The translations under genes were made by a program, and so were the position numbers. A DNA stretch of 63,025 nucleotides, the filler included, from Bipalium vagum (Eukaryota): NCBI GenBank assembly GCA_037834085.1. It is 3 parts of 3 records of this genome, joined end to end, with 100 filler letters (N's around TTAATTAATTAA, not from the genome) between each part and the next. Parts side by side here need not be neighbours in the genome. Positions count along the whole stretch, not along the records: positions 27,424 to 46,861 come from JBBMKC010003224.1; positions 46,962 to 63,025 come from JBBMKC010128782.1; 1 more part is not named here. The stretch is one strand, 5' to 3'. Positions 41,918-54,365 of the stretch are shown here, in pieces (within the stretch, counting starts at the first letter, position 1; each line of letters opens with the position of its first letter). The notes below the pieces were generated by a model that was given only the letters and a program-made list of their open reading frames with translations, did not search any database and had not been told where the DNA came from.

Positions 41918-42256
41918 CCATTTAAACATTGGACAGCAAGGACAGCCTCATTGTAATTGATCATCTGAACGAATCCGTAACCGGAACACGTGTTGGTGAT
42001 CAGATCCTTTGATAAGAAGACGGACTGGACTGCTCCAAATGGATTGAATAACTGCCATATGTTGTCGTCCGTGGTGTCCTGACTCAAATTATTGACAAAA
42101 ATTATCCAATTTCTGAAACCGTAATCAGAAATGGAGGGTGTCGTTTGATTTGTACATGGTATACAGGTAAATGGAACTAATGGAGTTAGAGTGTTTTGAT
42201 TGAATGATTCCAGCGTGTTCAAAGGGAGAATTGGAAATGATGGATGAAATGGAGTA
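41918..42256 (-). CDS. elav: ELAV/Hu-family RNA-binding protein, exon encoding hinge plus RRM3 (other exons not identified)
   Basis: WIIFVNNLSQDTTDDNIWQLFNPFGAVQSV...CSGYGFVQMINYNEAVLAVQCLNG matches Hu/ELAV RRM3; acceptor ttaag and putative donor GG|GTTCGT. Confidence 0.82.
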
Positions 42257-43578
42257 CTTAATAAACAATCAAATTAGTTTCACGACATCTCCTTATCTCA
42301 AGAAAAATATAACGAAAATCATTTAAAATAGAAATAAAATTATTTTATTAAATATTTCTTAAATAAACCTCAATAGGAATGTTTATTTAAATATTAAAAG
42401 TTTTCATTTCAAAAATTCACAACAATATTAACCAATAAAAGATTTTATATTTATTTTATTTGATAAATATTTTTAATATAAATTATATAAAACTATATAT
42501 ATATATATATATCTTTTTTTGAATTTTATAAATAATTATAAAAACTAATTGATAATAATAATGATGTTATTTCATTTATTTTGGAGTATCGGATTCACCA
42601 ATTCAAACAAATAAAGATAAAAATTGAGCTAAAAGAAATAATTAAATTTTGAGTTTAAAAATATTGGCGTCTATAATCAGCCCATTGTTAAATATTATTA
42701 ATTAAATAAAGTATCCTTAATTTGAACGATGGACCATGTAAAAGTACATTATAATTGAAAATTATAAATTTCTCGAAATAAATTTTATTTATATTTTAAA
42801 AGTATAAAATATTCCTGGTTTACGTTTTTCTATTTTGAGGTACATTAAACTAAGTTTTATTCAATAATTAAATTATAAATAAAATGAATTAATCAATAAT
42901 TAAAAAATTAAATATTGGTTAATTTTATAAAATTAACACTTGATGAAAAAATAATTAATCTTTTTTTTTATTTTTATGCCTTTGTATAAATAATAAATTA
43001 CAATTGGAACCACTTTAAACAAAAATTATTTATTTTGTATTGCCTTTCGTGAAAACAATTAAGAATAGAAGACAATATTAATTAAGTATTGGTTGAAATT
43101 AATTAATATTATTGCATTTATTAAAATTTAAAATTAATAAAAATAGACAAATTAATTAATTGAAAAAATGTAGGTAAAATAATAAATAACAAAAAATAAT
43201 ACCCTGGTTACAAAATGCAATATATCGAAAGATAAGGAATACATAATAATGACAATTTATATATAATTACATGATGACAATTGAAAATTATAATATTATT
43301 TTGTGTATTATTAATTCATTATAAAATTAATAATTTATATTTTTAAGGATTTACATATTCACCATTACAATAAATGGTCTTTCAACTAACGTCTTTATTG
43401 CACATTTGCGTTTAATGATACTAATGTCGATTCTACTGACTGTCAATGAATGTCTGACCATTCAATGAAATCTGTGACAACCAATACAAATGATAATCGG
43501 TATGAACGAAGTCAAACAAGTATAGAGGGTGAGATAATTTGCATATTTCGGATTCTATTGTTGTATCAACTTATCAAC

Positions 43579-44729
43579 TGTTGTATATGATATAATTCCA
43601 TGTAATAAAGTTCCACGTGTTTGTTTAAATAATTCAAATTTAACTTTAATAACCTTAAATAATTTTAAGTTTTAATAATTATTACAATTATTGTGCTGAC
43701 AAATCTTAAAATAACAAGCAAAGCAGAATATGCTGAAATTTTAAAATACTTAAAAGAGGGATCGTTGCCATACTTTAATAAAATATCTGAAAAAAAGTAT
43801 TTATGAAATTTTTTTTAAAAAAATGGTTATAATGAACAACCGTATCTTCATCAATACTCCAAAGCACGGATCTTTAGAATATATTGAAGATTGTAACGAA
43901 GAAAGAAAGATTGCATGTATTCAAGATATTCATTTATATTCACACAGATGAATAAATGCTATTTATGAGGAATTGAAACAAAAGTTTTATAATATTAAGC
44001 AATTAGATGCTAAAAATTGCTTATTTTCATGCGATATTTGTTCTTATAGAACAGTAAGTACTGTCGCTGTACAGACAACTCCAATTATCATTAATAATTA
44101 ATTCGATCGTTTTCAAGCAGACATTACCTACATGCTTGAGTTTGCAGACGAAAATTTTGGTCTTCAATATATATATATTGAATATCATAGATTGCAGAAC
44201 TAAATTCGCCTGGTCATATCCATGTATTACAAAAACGGTTGATGAAATCTATATACATTTTCAAGACTTGTTTCATAGGTGCTTTATTCCAAAGGAGTTA
44301 CATACAGACAATGATGGTGAATTTAAGAATAAGAAAATCGCATCATTATGTTCGAAATTTAATATTAGGTGGTTTATCAATATAACATAAAAAACAGAGC
44401 CATAAATGCAGCACCAGCTTTGGAAATGTTAAATATTTCGGGATTTAATAGGTCTGCAAATCTATACACGGAAAATGAAAATGTTCATATATCAACACTA
44501 TCTTCAGAGGAATCTGAACATATAGAATCATTTAGGATGCATTATTTTTCAGAAATAGCTAAGCCGCAAAGAATACGTATATTAAGACACGGTTAAGACC
44601 ATTAATGTAGCTGTTTTTATGTTAATTAATCAAATACAATATTAGGTCTTCTTTTTTCTTAGTGAAGTTATATTTGAATTATTTAAACAAATACATGGAA
44701 CTTTACACGCAATTATATTATATACAACA
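43579..44729 (+). mobile_element. Ginger-like DNA transposon (integrase-type transposase, about 65-70 bp TIRs), internally deleted
   Basis: TGTTGTATA...TATACAACA inverted repeats (43579-43647 and 44665-44729); H2C2 remnant (HLYSH..CDIC), RFQADI, YILNIIDCRTKFAWSYP, LHTDNDGEF. Confidence 0.75.
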
Positions 44730-46762
44730 TATTACTCTTTTTAACTGGTCGAAACAAATAATATCTTTGAAATTCAAAGAAACTGAAAGCATGCGTTATT
44801 CGGTGCAATCCTGCCATCGAAGACCATATCGGGCCACTTGATATTTTTTATCCAGTTTCAGTTTAATGATGGTCTCAAATCAATTTCGAATGTATGAAAG
44901 AAGGGTACCATTTATAGGTAATCCTGTGCATTTGAATTTAGCATACCTTTTTTGACATTCATTGCTAATTGACTTTTCCTAAATAACGAAAATATTATTT
45001 TTCGACAATTATGGTCAAATATCTTGTGAAAAATTGTGTAGAAATTCCGTTATTAAAAGACATACTAGCATATTTGCCAATAAGCTAATATGTGCTACAT
45101 AGAAGTATAAAATATTTTATATGTAATATATTTTTGTGCTAAGCTTTTAAGCATAGAAATCAATTTATTATTTGAGTTTCTATCAAAGCTTAGACAATAT
45201 AACCCTTATGTCAGTGCTAGATGTCAGATCCTGGAGTTTTATTTGGACATGAATGCTTTGGAAGCCAAGCTAAAAGAGGGTCATCAGATGGCATTTGAAT
45301 GAATAATAAATCGAAATAAAATCACAACGAATCAGAAATAAAGTTAGAACCTTTATGTAATAATAAAATTCATAATATTAATTTATAAATATAAAAAATA
45401 TATATTAATTACATAATTATAAATAATATAGATAGTCTAAATAATATTTATATTATATGTGTGTATTTAAACTGATTTATAATTTTTAAATTTTTATATT
45501 TACCAAATAAAAATTTTTAAATAATTATAAATTTAATTTTAATATTTATTTTAAATAATTTTTATTGAAATGAATTTTGACACTTAATGGCACAATATAT
45601 ATTGTGAGTTATTAAGAATGGAAATGTTTAAAGTATTATTATTTTTTTAAAAAGCATTCAAAAATATATTTTTCAAAATATGACTGATTTTGTTGATATC
45701 GCAACTAATAATATATAATATATATTATATTATTATTCAGTATAAATAATATTTAATCTTTGAGGACAATGTGAAAATCACCAATTAAAGTTTGATTATT
45801 TATAAAAGATAATATGTCGTTTAAATTAAATTGAAAAAAAATCCAATAACAAAATGGAAAATAAATTTTTAATAAATAAAAAAAATTAAAAATCATTACC
45901 AGTCTAGCATGTTCACAGTCTACAGTTTTACTTTTAATTAAAACAAGAAATTGTAATAAAAGTAAAATAATTATGTAATGAATAATTTTTCTATTTTTCT
46001 CAAAATATTCAAATGAATTTCGTAGAGCTGAAGAATGGGCATCAAAATCAATATTTTTACATTAAATTATTCCAAAACTGGGACAATTTAATTAAGTTCC
46101 ATTTTTATTATCTAGGTTCATTGAAAGTCTTACAACGAAGTTATGGTAATCACGTTGACTTATTGATAGCGGACAATTGAGTCTTAATAAAGGTACAAAA
46201 TGTTGTTTAAATAATACAAAAAATTGGCAAAACCAAAAAGAATTAAATGTTAAGAAAATAAAAAAAATAAAAAATTATTATTATTATATACGTCTGATAA
46301 AAGTCAAGTAAAACAAAATTGAAGGAAAATAAATATTAAATAAAATTAAAGATTTTTTCCAAATATTTTTAATTGATTTTTATTAACTGATTCTTAAAAA
46401 AATAACATAAAAATCACTAAAATCATTTATTACATAAAATATTGAGAAATATATTTCAAAGTTCTAATAGTAATATAAATTAAATCGTAAATAATTTTTT
46501 GTTAAAATTGATATATTTCTTCATCAAAATAAAGAAATGAAATTTATTTCGCAATATTTTAATAAATCATAAAAATACTTTTAAAAATTTAAAAATTTAG
46601 ACTTTTGAAATAAATATTAAAAACAAAAATAATAAGTACATGTAAATTGATTCTTAATTAAAACATTATTAAAATGTAAAAATAATTTATGAGGAGTTTT
46701 TTGTGTAATTATATTTTTTTTACATTTTATTATTTTTTCCATTTATTATGCTATAAATTATG

Positions 46763-46861
46763 TATTATTATTAATATTAATATTATTATTAATATTATTA
46801 TTAATATTATTATTAATATTAATATTAATATTATTATTAATATTAATATTAATATTATTAT
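46763..46861. repeat. compound ATT/AAT microsatellite at segment end
   Basis: attattattaatattaat... running into the Ns. Confidence 0.85.
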
Positions 46862-46961
46862 NNNNNNNNNNNNNNNNNNNNNNNNNNNNNNNNNNNNNNN
46901 NNNNNTTAATTAATTAANNNNNNNNNNNNNNNNNNNNNNNNNNNNNNNNNNNNNNNNNNNN
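46862..46961. other. artificial assembly linker N44-TTAATTAATTAA-N44
   Basis: Identical to 27324-27423. Confidence 0.95.
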
Positions 46962-47208
46962 CTCCTTGCGGACCCTGATCTAATCTTGGCAATTTAGGTT
47001 CGCCATTGTCAAGATTAGATCCTTTTTAGAAATAATTATTTGCCCATTTTTGTACTTTTTAATTAATTATTATTTTATTATTATTAATTTATTCTGACCC
47101 TCTTGCGGTCTTAATAATTAACTGATAATAATCAATTTAAACCCTATTGCGGTCTCTACCATATACTTTACAAGGGATGGTAAGGATGTGTCCTTGGCTA
47201 ACCCAACA
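46962..47208 (-). repeat. LTR-like repeat copy A (truncated by segment end)
   Basis: Starts TGTTGGGTTAGCC on the minus strand; alignable by eye in direct orientation with 56295-56518. Confidence 0.7.
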
Positions 47209-48356
47209 TTTTTGTGAATCATTATATCATATAAAAAAACCATCCTATTTTTCAAATTTCCTGAAACCTTCGTCATTAACTCATGAAAAGTTCCTGTGGC
47301 AGTGGCAATATCAAAAGGCATTCTTGTGAAGCAAAATTTTCCTGCTTTTGTTGAAAAAGCCGTTTTTTCCTGTGAATCCGTCCTTAATTCAAGCTGGTAG
47401 TATTGTGCATTACCCAAGTTAATTGTGCTAAAATATTTAGCTCCTTCTAATCTATCCAGTAAATGTTCTAAGTTTGGCATCGAAATACCCTGACGTTCAG
47501 TCACCTGGATCAGCTTTCTAAAGTCTAGACATAACCTAACATTTTTTCTTTCTTTTTTCCAAACGCAAATTAGTGGCGTGTTCCATGGAGAGTTGCACCT
47601 TCTTATTATTTCCTTCTCACATAACTTTTCTATTGCTTCATCGGTTTTCTCTTTAGATGCATTGGCTGTCTCCACGGTTTCGTGTTAATTTGTTTACCAG
47701 TTGTTTTGTTCTCGTGTTTCATCATTTTTGTAAATCCAATATCGCACGAATCTGCCGTAAATGCTTCTTTATTTTTGTATATCACTTTCAAGAGCTTCTT
47801 ATCTTCGACGGTGACTAGTATCTTCGTTGCTCTCCGCAGGCGCTTTTCATCTTTAACAATTCTTCCAAATTTTGCCTCAATGTTGCATATCTGTGAGACC
47901 TTCATTTCCATCGAAATCTTCATTAATTTAAATCCGAATTTTGTCAAAAATTCTGTTCCTGCAATCAGCTCTGGTGAAATCTGCTCTACAATTGTGAATG
48001 ACATTGACTCAGCTCTACCTCCAACATAAACATCAACTGTTATCATTCCTACAACATTCATTGCACTATTATTCACAGTCTTTATTATCTTTATGAATCT
48101 TTGTATTTCAAAATTGCCTAATTCTAGAAATTTATTCCGACTCATTACATTTATGCTAGCTCCAGTATCCAGTAAGCATACCATTTCGTGTCCGTGTATA
48201 TTAACAGTTATTCTTGACCTTCCTTTCATCATGTTATACTTAATACTCTGTTCTCTAAAATTATTCAGCATTACTATCTCCTTTTCATCACCATTCTCAA
48301 AATTCTTCTTTAAAAATCTATTCAACTTTTCCAATTCTTTCTTTTCCCCTGACACT
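47209..48356 (-). mobile_element. Gypsy/Ty3 pol remnant: aspartic protease plus N-terminal RT, frameshifted
   Basis: CLLDTGASINVM; SPWNTPL, RLCLDFRKL, EKTAFST, RMPF, degenerate YLDD (FLYD). Confidence 0.92.
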
Positions 48357-48537
48357 AGTACTATGTATAACCAGACTTTGAGGACAGGACCCCAACTTTT
48401 TTTTCACTCACCCCCCAGAAGGGGCTCCCTCAAAAAATAAAAAAACTTTGGGGGCATTTTTTTCTCTTTTTCGGTACCGGAGCTCCCTCAAAATAGAAAA
48501 AAATTCCTCTCCTCAAAGACTGGTTATACATACTACT
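48357..48537. repeat. 181-bp fold-back with Polinton-type termini
   Basis: 48357-48384 matches the reverse complement of 48510-48537 at 26/28; ends AGTACT...ACTACT. Confidence 0.85.
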
Positions 48538-48603
48538 TCATTTATTATATTCTTATATTACTGGTTTTTAAAAACTTTAAAATATCAAATTTTTTCTTAA
48601 AAA

Positions 48604-50660
48604 ATGAATTCAACTTACTGTGACATTTGTGAAAAAGATTGTAGAACACTTGCATGATTAATTTCTCAAAAATTATTTAAATCACATTTATAAATTTTAA
48701 ATAATGTTCAAACACCAAATAAATAAAAATATAATTTTTGTGGAGATATTTTCAGAACGGTTGCAGCAAGAATAAGTCATGAAAAATATTGTGATAATAA
48801 TCCAAATAATCTTGATAAGCAAAATAATCAGCTGCAACAAATTTCACAACAAAATTTAAATAATTTTAATAATGAAAATAATATTACTTTAAAAGATCAA
48901 TTTTATAATTCTTCAAAAGATTATTTAATTTCTAAACAAGTATATGAAGGAAATGATGTAAGAGATTATTTAAGTAATTTTCTTCCTAAAATTAGAGAAT
49001 CAATGTTCTATCATATTCAAGATGGAAGATTTTTTAAACCATTTAAATTTCCATTAAACTTAAATATTAAATTTTTTCATCTAACTGATTCTGAATACTT
49101 TGCTTTAAAAACTTCATGTGATGTAGGAACAATAATTACAATAAATAATATTAAATCAGAAACAGAAAATATTTTTAAAAATTTAGAAGAAGAAATGTAA
49201 AACACCTGACAAAGATTAAAAAATCTGGGTGGACAATCGATAGTTTTCTCACTTAACACTTTCAATTGATGATATAAAAGTTTTAAGAGGAAGATCATTT
49301 ATTCCTTTACCTTTTCAATCTCATTCAATAATTAATATTCAGAACCAAGATAAAAAATGTTTTACATGGTCAATTATTTCTTATTTTATACAACGTAAAA
49401 TTCCTTAACATAAAAAAAGAGTGAGTTGGTATAAAAAATATGAAAATCAATTTAAATATAATGAAAATAATAATATAAAATAAATAATATGCCAATGAAA
49501 ATGTGTAATATTAATAAATTTGAAAAAGAAAATGGATTAAGAATAAATGTTTGTATGATTGAATGTATTAATAAAAGGAAAGCAAATCCCTTGGAACTAA
49601 TGCTTCCGTTTCCGAAATTGAATTAAGAAAATCTTGGAGAACATATCCATTAAATATTTCTTCACAGGATATTAATAATTATAAAACAATATCTTTATTA
49701 TTTCATGAAGATCATTACATTTTAATTAAAGATTTTAAAGCATGGATTAATGAAGAAATTGGATATAGACTTAAGTCGAGTGAAGATGAGAAATTATTTA
49801 TTTGTGAAAGATATTTATCAATAAATATTAATAGATCTCCCTATGAAAAATATTATGATTTCTGTATTTTAAATAAACCAACAAAATATATTTTTCTTGA
49901 CCCGAATTCAAAAATAACAAATTATGCATATAAACTAAGACTTCCATTTGTAATTTATGCAGACATTGAATGTATTAATCAACCAATAAATGAAATAAAA
50001 TTTAAATGTAATTATCGAGAAATATTATTAAACGATCCTCATTTTCGAGAGTATTACTCTCAAACAGCGTTGCTGTGGAATCCAAATGAAATATATAATT
50101 ATAATTACATCATTGATTACTTTACAAATTTTAATATAAATTTATATGGAAAAATATTTACAAATACATTTATAAAATTTCAACAAAAACCATCATGCAT
50201 TTTCTTAAACATTGTTTGTCATTATCCAAATTTAATTGAAGAATATCCTCAATTATTTAAATTAAATAATCGTTTATTTAAAGGTGAAAATTGTATAAAA
50301 TAATTTTGTCATTAATTAACAAATGTTGAAAAAACTTTTTACAATGCTTTGAGAGAAGAAAAACCTTATAAGTTAACTAAAGAAGAAATGGAAAATTTTA
50401 AGAATAATAATATTTGTCATTTTTGTGAAAGCGAGATTGAAGATAAAGTTTCTGCTTATGATGCAGCTGGAAATCAATTTATGAATAAAGAATTGGTCAT
50501 AATCATTATGATGGAAGTTTTAGAGATCCTGCACATTTAGATTGTAATTTTAATGCAAGTGTTCCAAAATCAGTTCCAACATTTTTTCATAATGGATCTG
50601 GTTATGACTTTCATTTAATAATAAAAGATTTGGCAAATGAAATTCATCTGAACGAAAATA
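48604..50660 (+). pseudogene. protein-primed DNA polymerase B, N-terminal half (Zn fingers, terminal-protein region, Exo I, EndoVII-like insert, Exo II)
   Basis: FIPLP..IINIQNQDKKCFTWSI; HYILIKDF; PFVIYADIEC; CHFC..HYDGSFRDPAHLDCN; FFHNGSGYDFHLIIKDL; many stops; polymerase core absent. Confidence 0.88.
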
Positions 50661-51265
50661 CTTCAAATCTAAATATGATATGAAAAAATGATTATAGATG
50701 TTATAAATCTTATCAACAGCACCACACGAAATAAAATTTTGGATTTATATGCATCAATAAGATTGAGACTATGTAAAGTATTAAATAATAAAGGAAATTT
50801 GTACAATTGTTAATTATTCTTGTGTATAAATAAAGTGTGCCCAAAATTGTGTCGTTTTACATATTTAAAAAAACAGTAAACATTTAAATATTATTTAAAC
50901 AAAAATTAATATATCTAAGTAGTGATAATTAATATAAGTACTACTATATTAAATATAATTATACAAATTTTACTTCATTACTTAAATTATTCATGAAGTT
51001 ATAATGACATTTCTAACTGAGCCAAAAATTTTGTCGCAAGTGAATTAAAATTATCAAGCATTTTAAAATTAAAACTTGTCCCGCACCTAACAACTTGACA
51101 AATTAAAAAATGTTAGTATACCTATAGTAAATAAAATATTTGAAAAAAAATTATAAAAATTAAAAAAAATTATAAAGATTAAAAAATATCGTAAAAGGGG
51201 CAATAAAAATGTTGTAAAAAATTATTAATTAGTATATTATTTAATAATTATGAAAAAATTTATTT

Positions 51266-52441
51266 TTAATTACTTTTAACTTTTGTTTTAATATTAAATA
51301 TTTTTCCTCCTTTTAACTTTATTTCCAAATATTTCTCTTGCAATAAAACAACATTTGTTTATCTTTTAAAATATGTAAAGTTATAAATGCTCCATTTAAA
51401 CATAAATTTTCTGGTTGATCTTTCAAATCAAAACAAAATATAGAATATAAATTTTGAAATTCTATTAAAGACAATAAAGGATAATTCTCAAAATATTTGC
51501 AAGCTTTGACATAATTTGAATAAGTTCTATTTTTCCTTTTTCAAATTGAACAGGGTTTAAAGGATAGTAAGAATTTACTTTTATTCTTAAAGATTTTATT
51601 TTATCTTGAATAAATAAACTATTATGTTTTGCAAATTCAAATTCAGATTCTCGAAATCCAATAAAAATATAAATTGGTTTTTTTGGAATATTATATAATT
51701 GTAAAGTTTGAGTTGTTCCTTCTGTTAAATTTCTTTCTTCACAATATCTTGATAAAAAATTTACACTTATATTTTTTCCATCATCAATTCCAGAAATTAA
51801 TTGTAATTCTGGAATGAATAATTTTAAATCAAGTAATTTTATTTTTCCATCTCCGTTTGTTCCGTAAAATATTTCTTAATCAATTTCTATTTTTCTTGTA
51901 AAAGCTAATTCTCCATGTAAATTATATATAACTCTATTAAAAATTGTAAAAATCCAAACATTAATTTTAAATGAAATTCAGCAATAAATTTTTTATTTAA
52001 ATATAAAATTTTTCTTGTTTTAAATCCTTTTTATCTTTATTTGGATCTTCTTTAATTTTATCAGGAACTCATCCAAAAATTTATCCATCATTATTTTTAT
52101 CAATTAATACAAAATCTGTTATAGAATTTGAAGTTCCTATATATTCAAGTGTTTCTACTTCTGTTGATCATAATTTTAAAATTGCATTAGAAAATAAATA
52201 AGGAAAGAAATTATTTTGTAATGTACCTAATGTTTTCAACTGCTTTTATATTTGTTATTTCAATTTCAAAAACTAAAATTGCTTCTGATAAATCCAAAGC
52301 ATTTGCTGTTTGTAATAAACTAAAAGTTAAATTTCTAGTTTTACTTAAATTTCTTGCTGTTGTTGGATTTAAACAAATTTCTAAATAATCACATTTTTCA
52401 CTGTTAAATCTTGATGATATGTTTTTTTTATCTAAGGTCAA
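51266..52441 (-). pseudogene. Polinton major capsid protein (double jelly-roll, hexon-like)
   Basis: About 390 codons in the expected position: LDLSEAILVFE, SNAILKL, RVIYNLHGELAFTR, KPIYIFIGF, YSIFCFDLKDQPE. Confidence 0.72.
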
Positions 52442-52494
52442 ATTATTACTTATTTTTTAGAAATAAAATTGATTTTTAAAATATTTTTATTTTT

Positions 52495-53200
52495 AAATAT
52501 TTGTACAAGTAGATTTAAAAATTGAAGGTAATATTTTTTCATTTTGTGAATTTATAAAAATATGATTATATTTATCTTTCATATGAAAATTATACAAATA
52601 ATCAAAATCATTTTTCTCTATGAAATGAGCTAACATTTTTGAATAAATTTTATTTTTATTATTTTTCGAAATTTTAAATAAAATTAAAACATTAGTGTAT
52701 TTCTATTACTTCTTAAAGGTAAATCAAAAAATGATTGAGATAAATAAACTACTGAACTTTTATTATGTCTTCCTCTTGTAAAATACATTTCCATAATAGT
52801 TTGATTTTTTTCATTTATTACGTCATCAAAATAATTATTTTTTAAAATTCTTATCTTATTTCATTCGCTTTATCACTCAATTTAACTTTTATTGTTCTTT
52901 CTTTAAATTCAAAATCTTTACTTTCATTGAATTTTAATTTTTCTTTTTTTTTAAACTTTTCATAAATCTAATTTTTTGCTAATCCTGATTCAAAGTAATT
53001 TTTTATATATTTAAATGCTGGTTGAAGAAAAAATCTAATTATTATAATCAATAAAATTTAGAGTTAATAAAATTTTATATAATAATTCAGTTTTTCCTGA
53101 TCTTGAAGGACCAATAATTAACATTTTAAATATTGTGAGTAAGTTTTTATGATTATTAATTTGAATTGTGTTATCATCCAAAATATCTGAAGAAAAATTT
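52495..53200 (-). pseudogene. A32-like (FtsK/HerA superfamily) genome-packaging ATPase
   Basis: Walker A IIGPSRSGKT, Walker B IIIFDD, FTRGRH..YLSQSFF. Confidence 0.9.
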
Positions 53201-53246
53201 GCTATTTTTTACTATTTACTATTTACTATTTTTACTATTTTTTTAG

Positions 53247-53820
53247 TTATACTTGTTTGAGGTGAATTGTAACACAAATTTCTTCTCCATTAAAATCTAT
53301 TAATTCTCCTTTATCATCAATTATTTTAAATTTTGTTTCATTATTTTTTTGGAATCAAAGGAAAATAGATTGAAAATTTGGTCTTTCAATAATTCTATAA
53401 TCTTTTCGAACAGTATTTGAAGGAAAATCAAAAATAATATTAGTTCTTTCTCCATTGAAAAATGCTCCTTCAACAATATTACAATCAATCATAATTCTAT
53501 TTATATTTGAAATATTAACAGGTTTTGATTCATGAATTCCTTCTTTATAAACTTTATTAGTTTCAAATCCTAAAAGATTATCTAAAGAATTTTGAACACT
53601 AAATTGAACAGTACAACCTTTTAATATCTTCATTAGACAATTTAAAGAAATTTGTTTCGGTTTTATTTATATATATAATAATCTTTTTCTTTCAATGGTT
53701 CTAGCTCTTTATTATATTTAAATAGATTTTCAATAACTTTTGACATTTCTTCAATTTTATATACACCTGGAGTTAAATTTATATTTTTAGTTTTTTTCTA
53801 TTTTTTGAATCTGTAACTGT
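53247..53820 (-). pseudogene. Polinton minor capsid protein (penton)
   Basis: PGVYKIEE; LLGF..PVNISNINRIMIDCNIVEGAFFNG..YRIIERP; DDKGELIDFNGEEICVTIHLK. Confidence 0.82.
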
Positions 53821-53869
53821 TACAATTATTTTTTTATTTTTTCATTAATATTAAAAATTTGTAATTTAA

Positions 53870-54145
53870 TTTATCATCTATATATTTTTTTATTTACAAC
53901 ATCATTATCTTCAGTGGGATTTAAAATACTTATTATTTTATTATTATTCATATTTAAAATTCCTTTCATTGAATTACCAGTAAAATTTAAAATTTATTTT
54001 CCGAGTCATTTTGAATATTTTTTATTTCTTCATTTATTTTGTTTATTTCTTTATTATAATTATCATCATAATAAAATGGTTGTTTAGTTATAGTATAATT
54101 ATATTTTCCATTTTCAGCAGTATTACCAAATTCTTGATCGCCCAT
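53870..54145 (-). pseudogene. fibre-like virion protein remnant 1
   Basis: GNSMKGILNMNNNKIISILNPTEDNDVVNKKYIDD, resembling the tail-fibre/YadA neck motif. Confidence 0.6.
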
Positions 54146-54171
54146 ATTTTTTTAATTTTAATTTTAACTTT

Positions 54172-54365
54172 TTAAAAATAAAATATTCTATTTCTTCTAA
54201 AACTTCCACAATTTTTTTCCACATATAAAGATAATTGTCCACAATACTCTAAATCTGCTTCAGACTGAGAATCAGATTTATTATATTCTTTAAAAAAATT
54301 TTCTAAATCTTCAAGTGGTGGTAAACCGTAAGAATCAAAATAATTTCCTTCTTCTGGTATCAATA
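54172..54365 (-). pseudogene. adenain-like cysteine protease, C-terminal half
   Basis: YFDSYGLPP..YN..Q..CGQLSLY; the N-terminal catalytic His region is absent. Confidence 0.8.

Larger units (their letters stand above)
48357..54365. mobile_element. decayed Polinton/Maverick (adintovirus-like endogenous virus)
   Basis: Cluster of pPolB, major capsid, A32-like ATPase, penton, fibre-like and adenain remnants behind an AGT-type terminus. Confidence 0.9.

Noticed and set aside
47682-48440. Plus-strand ORFs 47682-48029 and 48093-48440 (also 5327-5524, 5571-5933, 55634-55963)
   Set aside because: Antisense or alternative-frame shadows of real coding or TE sequence
53205-53245. Short (TTTACTA)n tandem between penton and ATPase, as a CRISPR-like or regulatory array
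   Set aside because: Only a few degenerate 7-mers without spacers; simple slippage repeat
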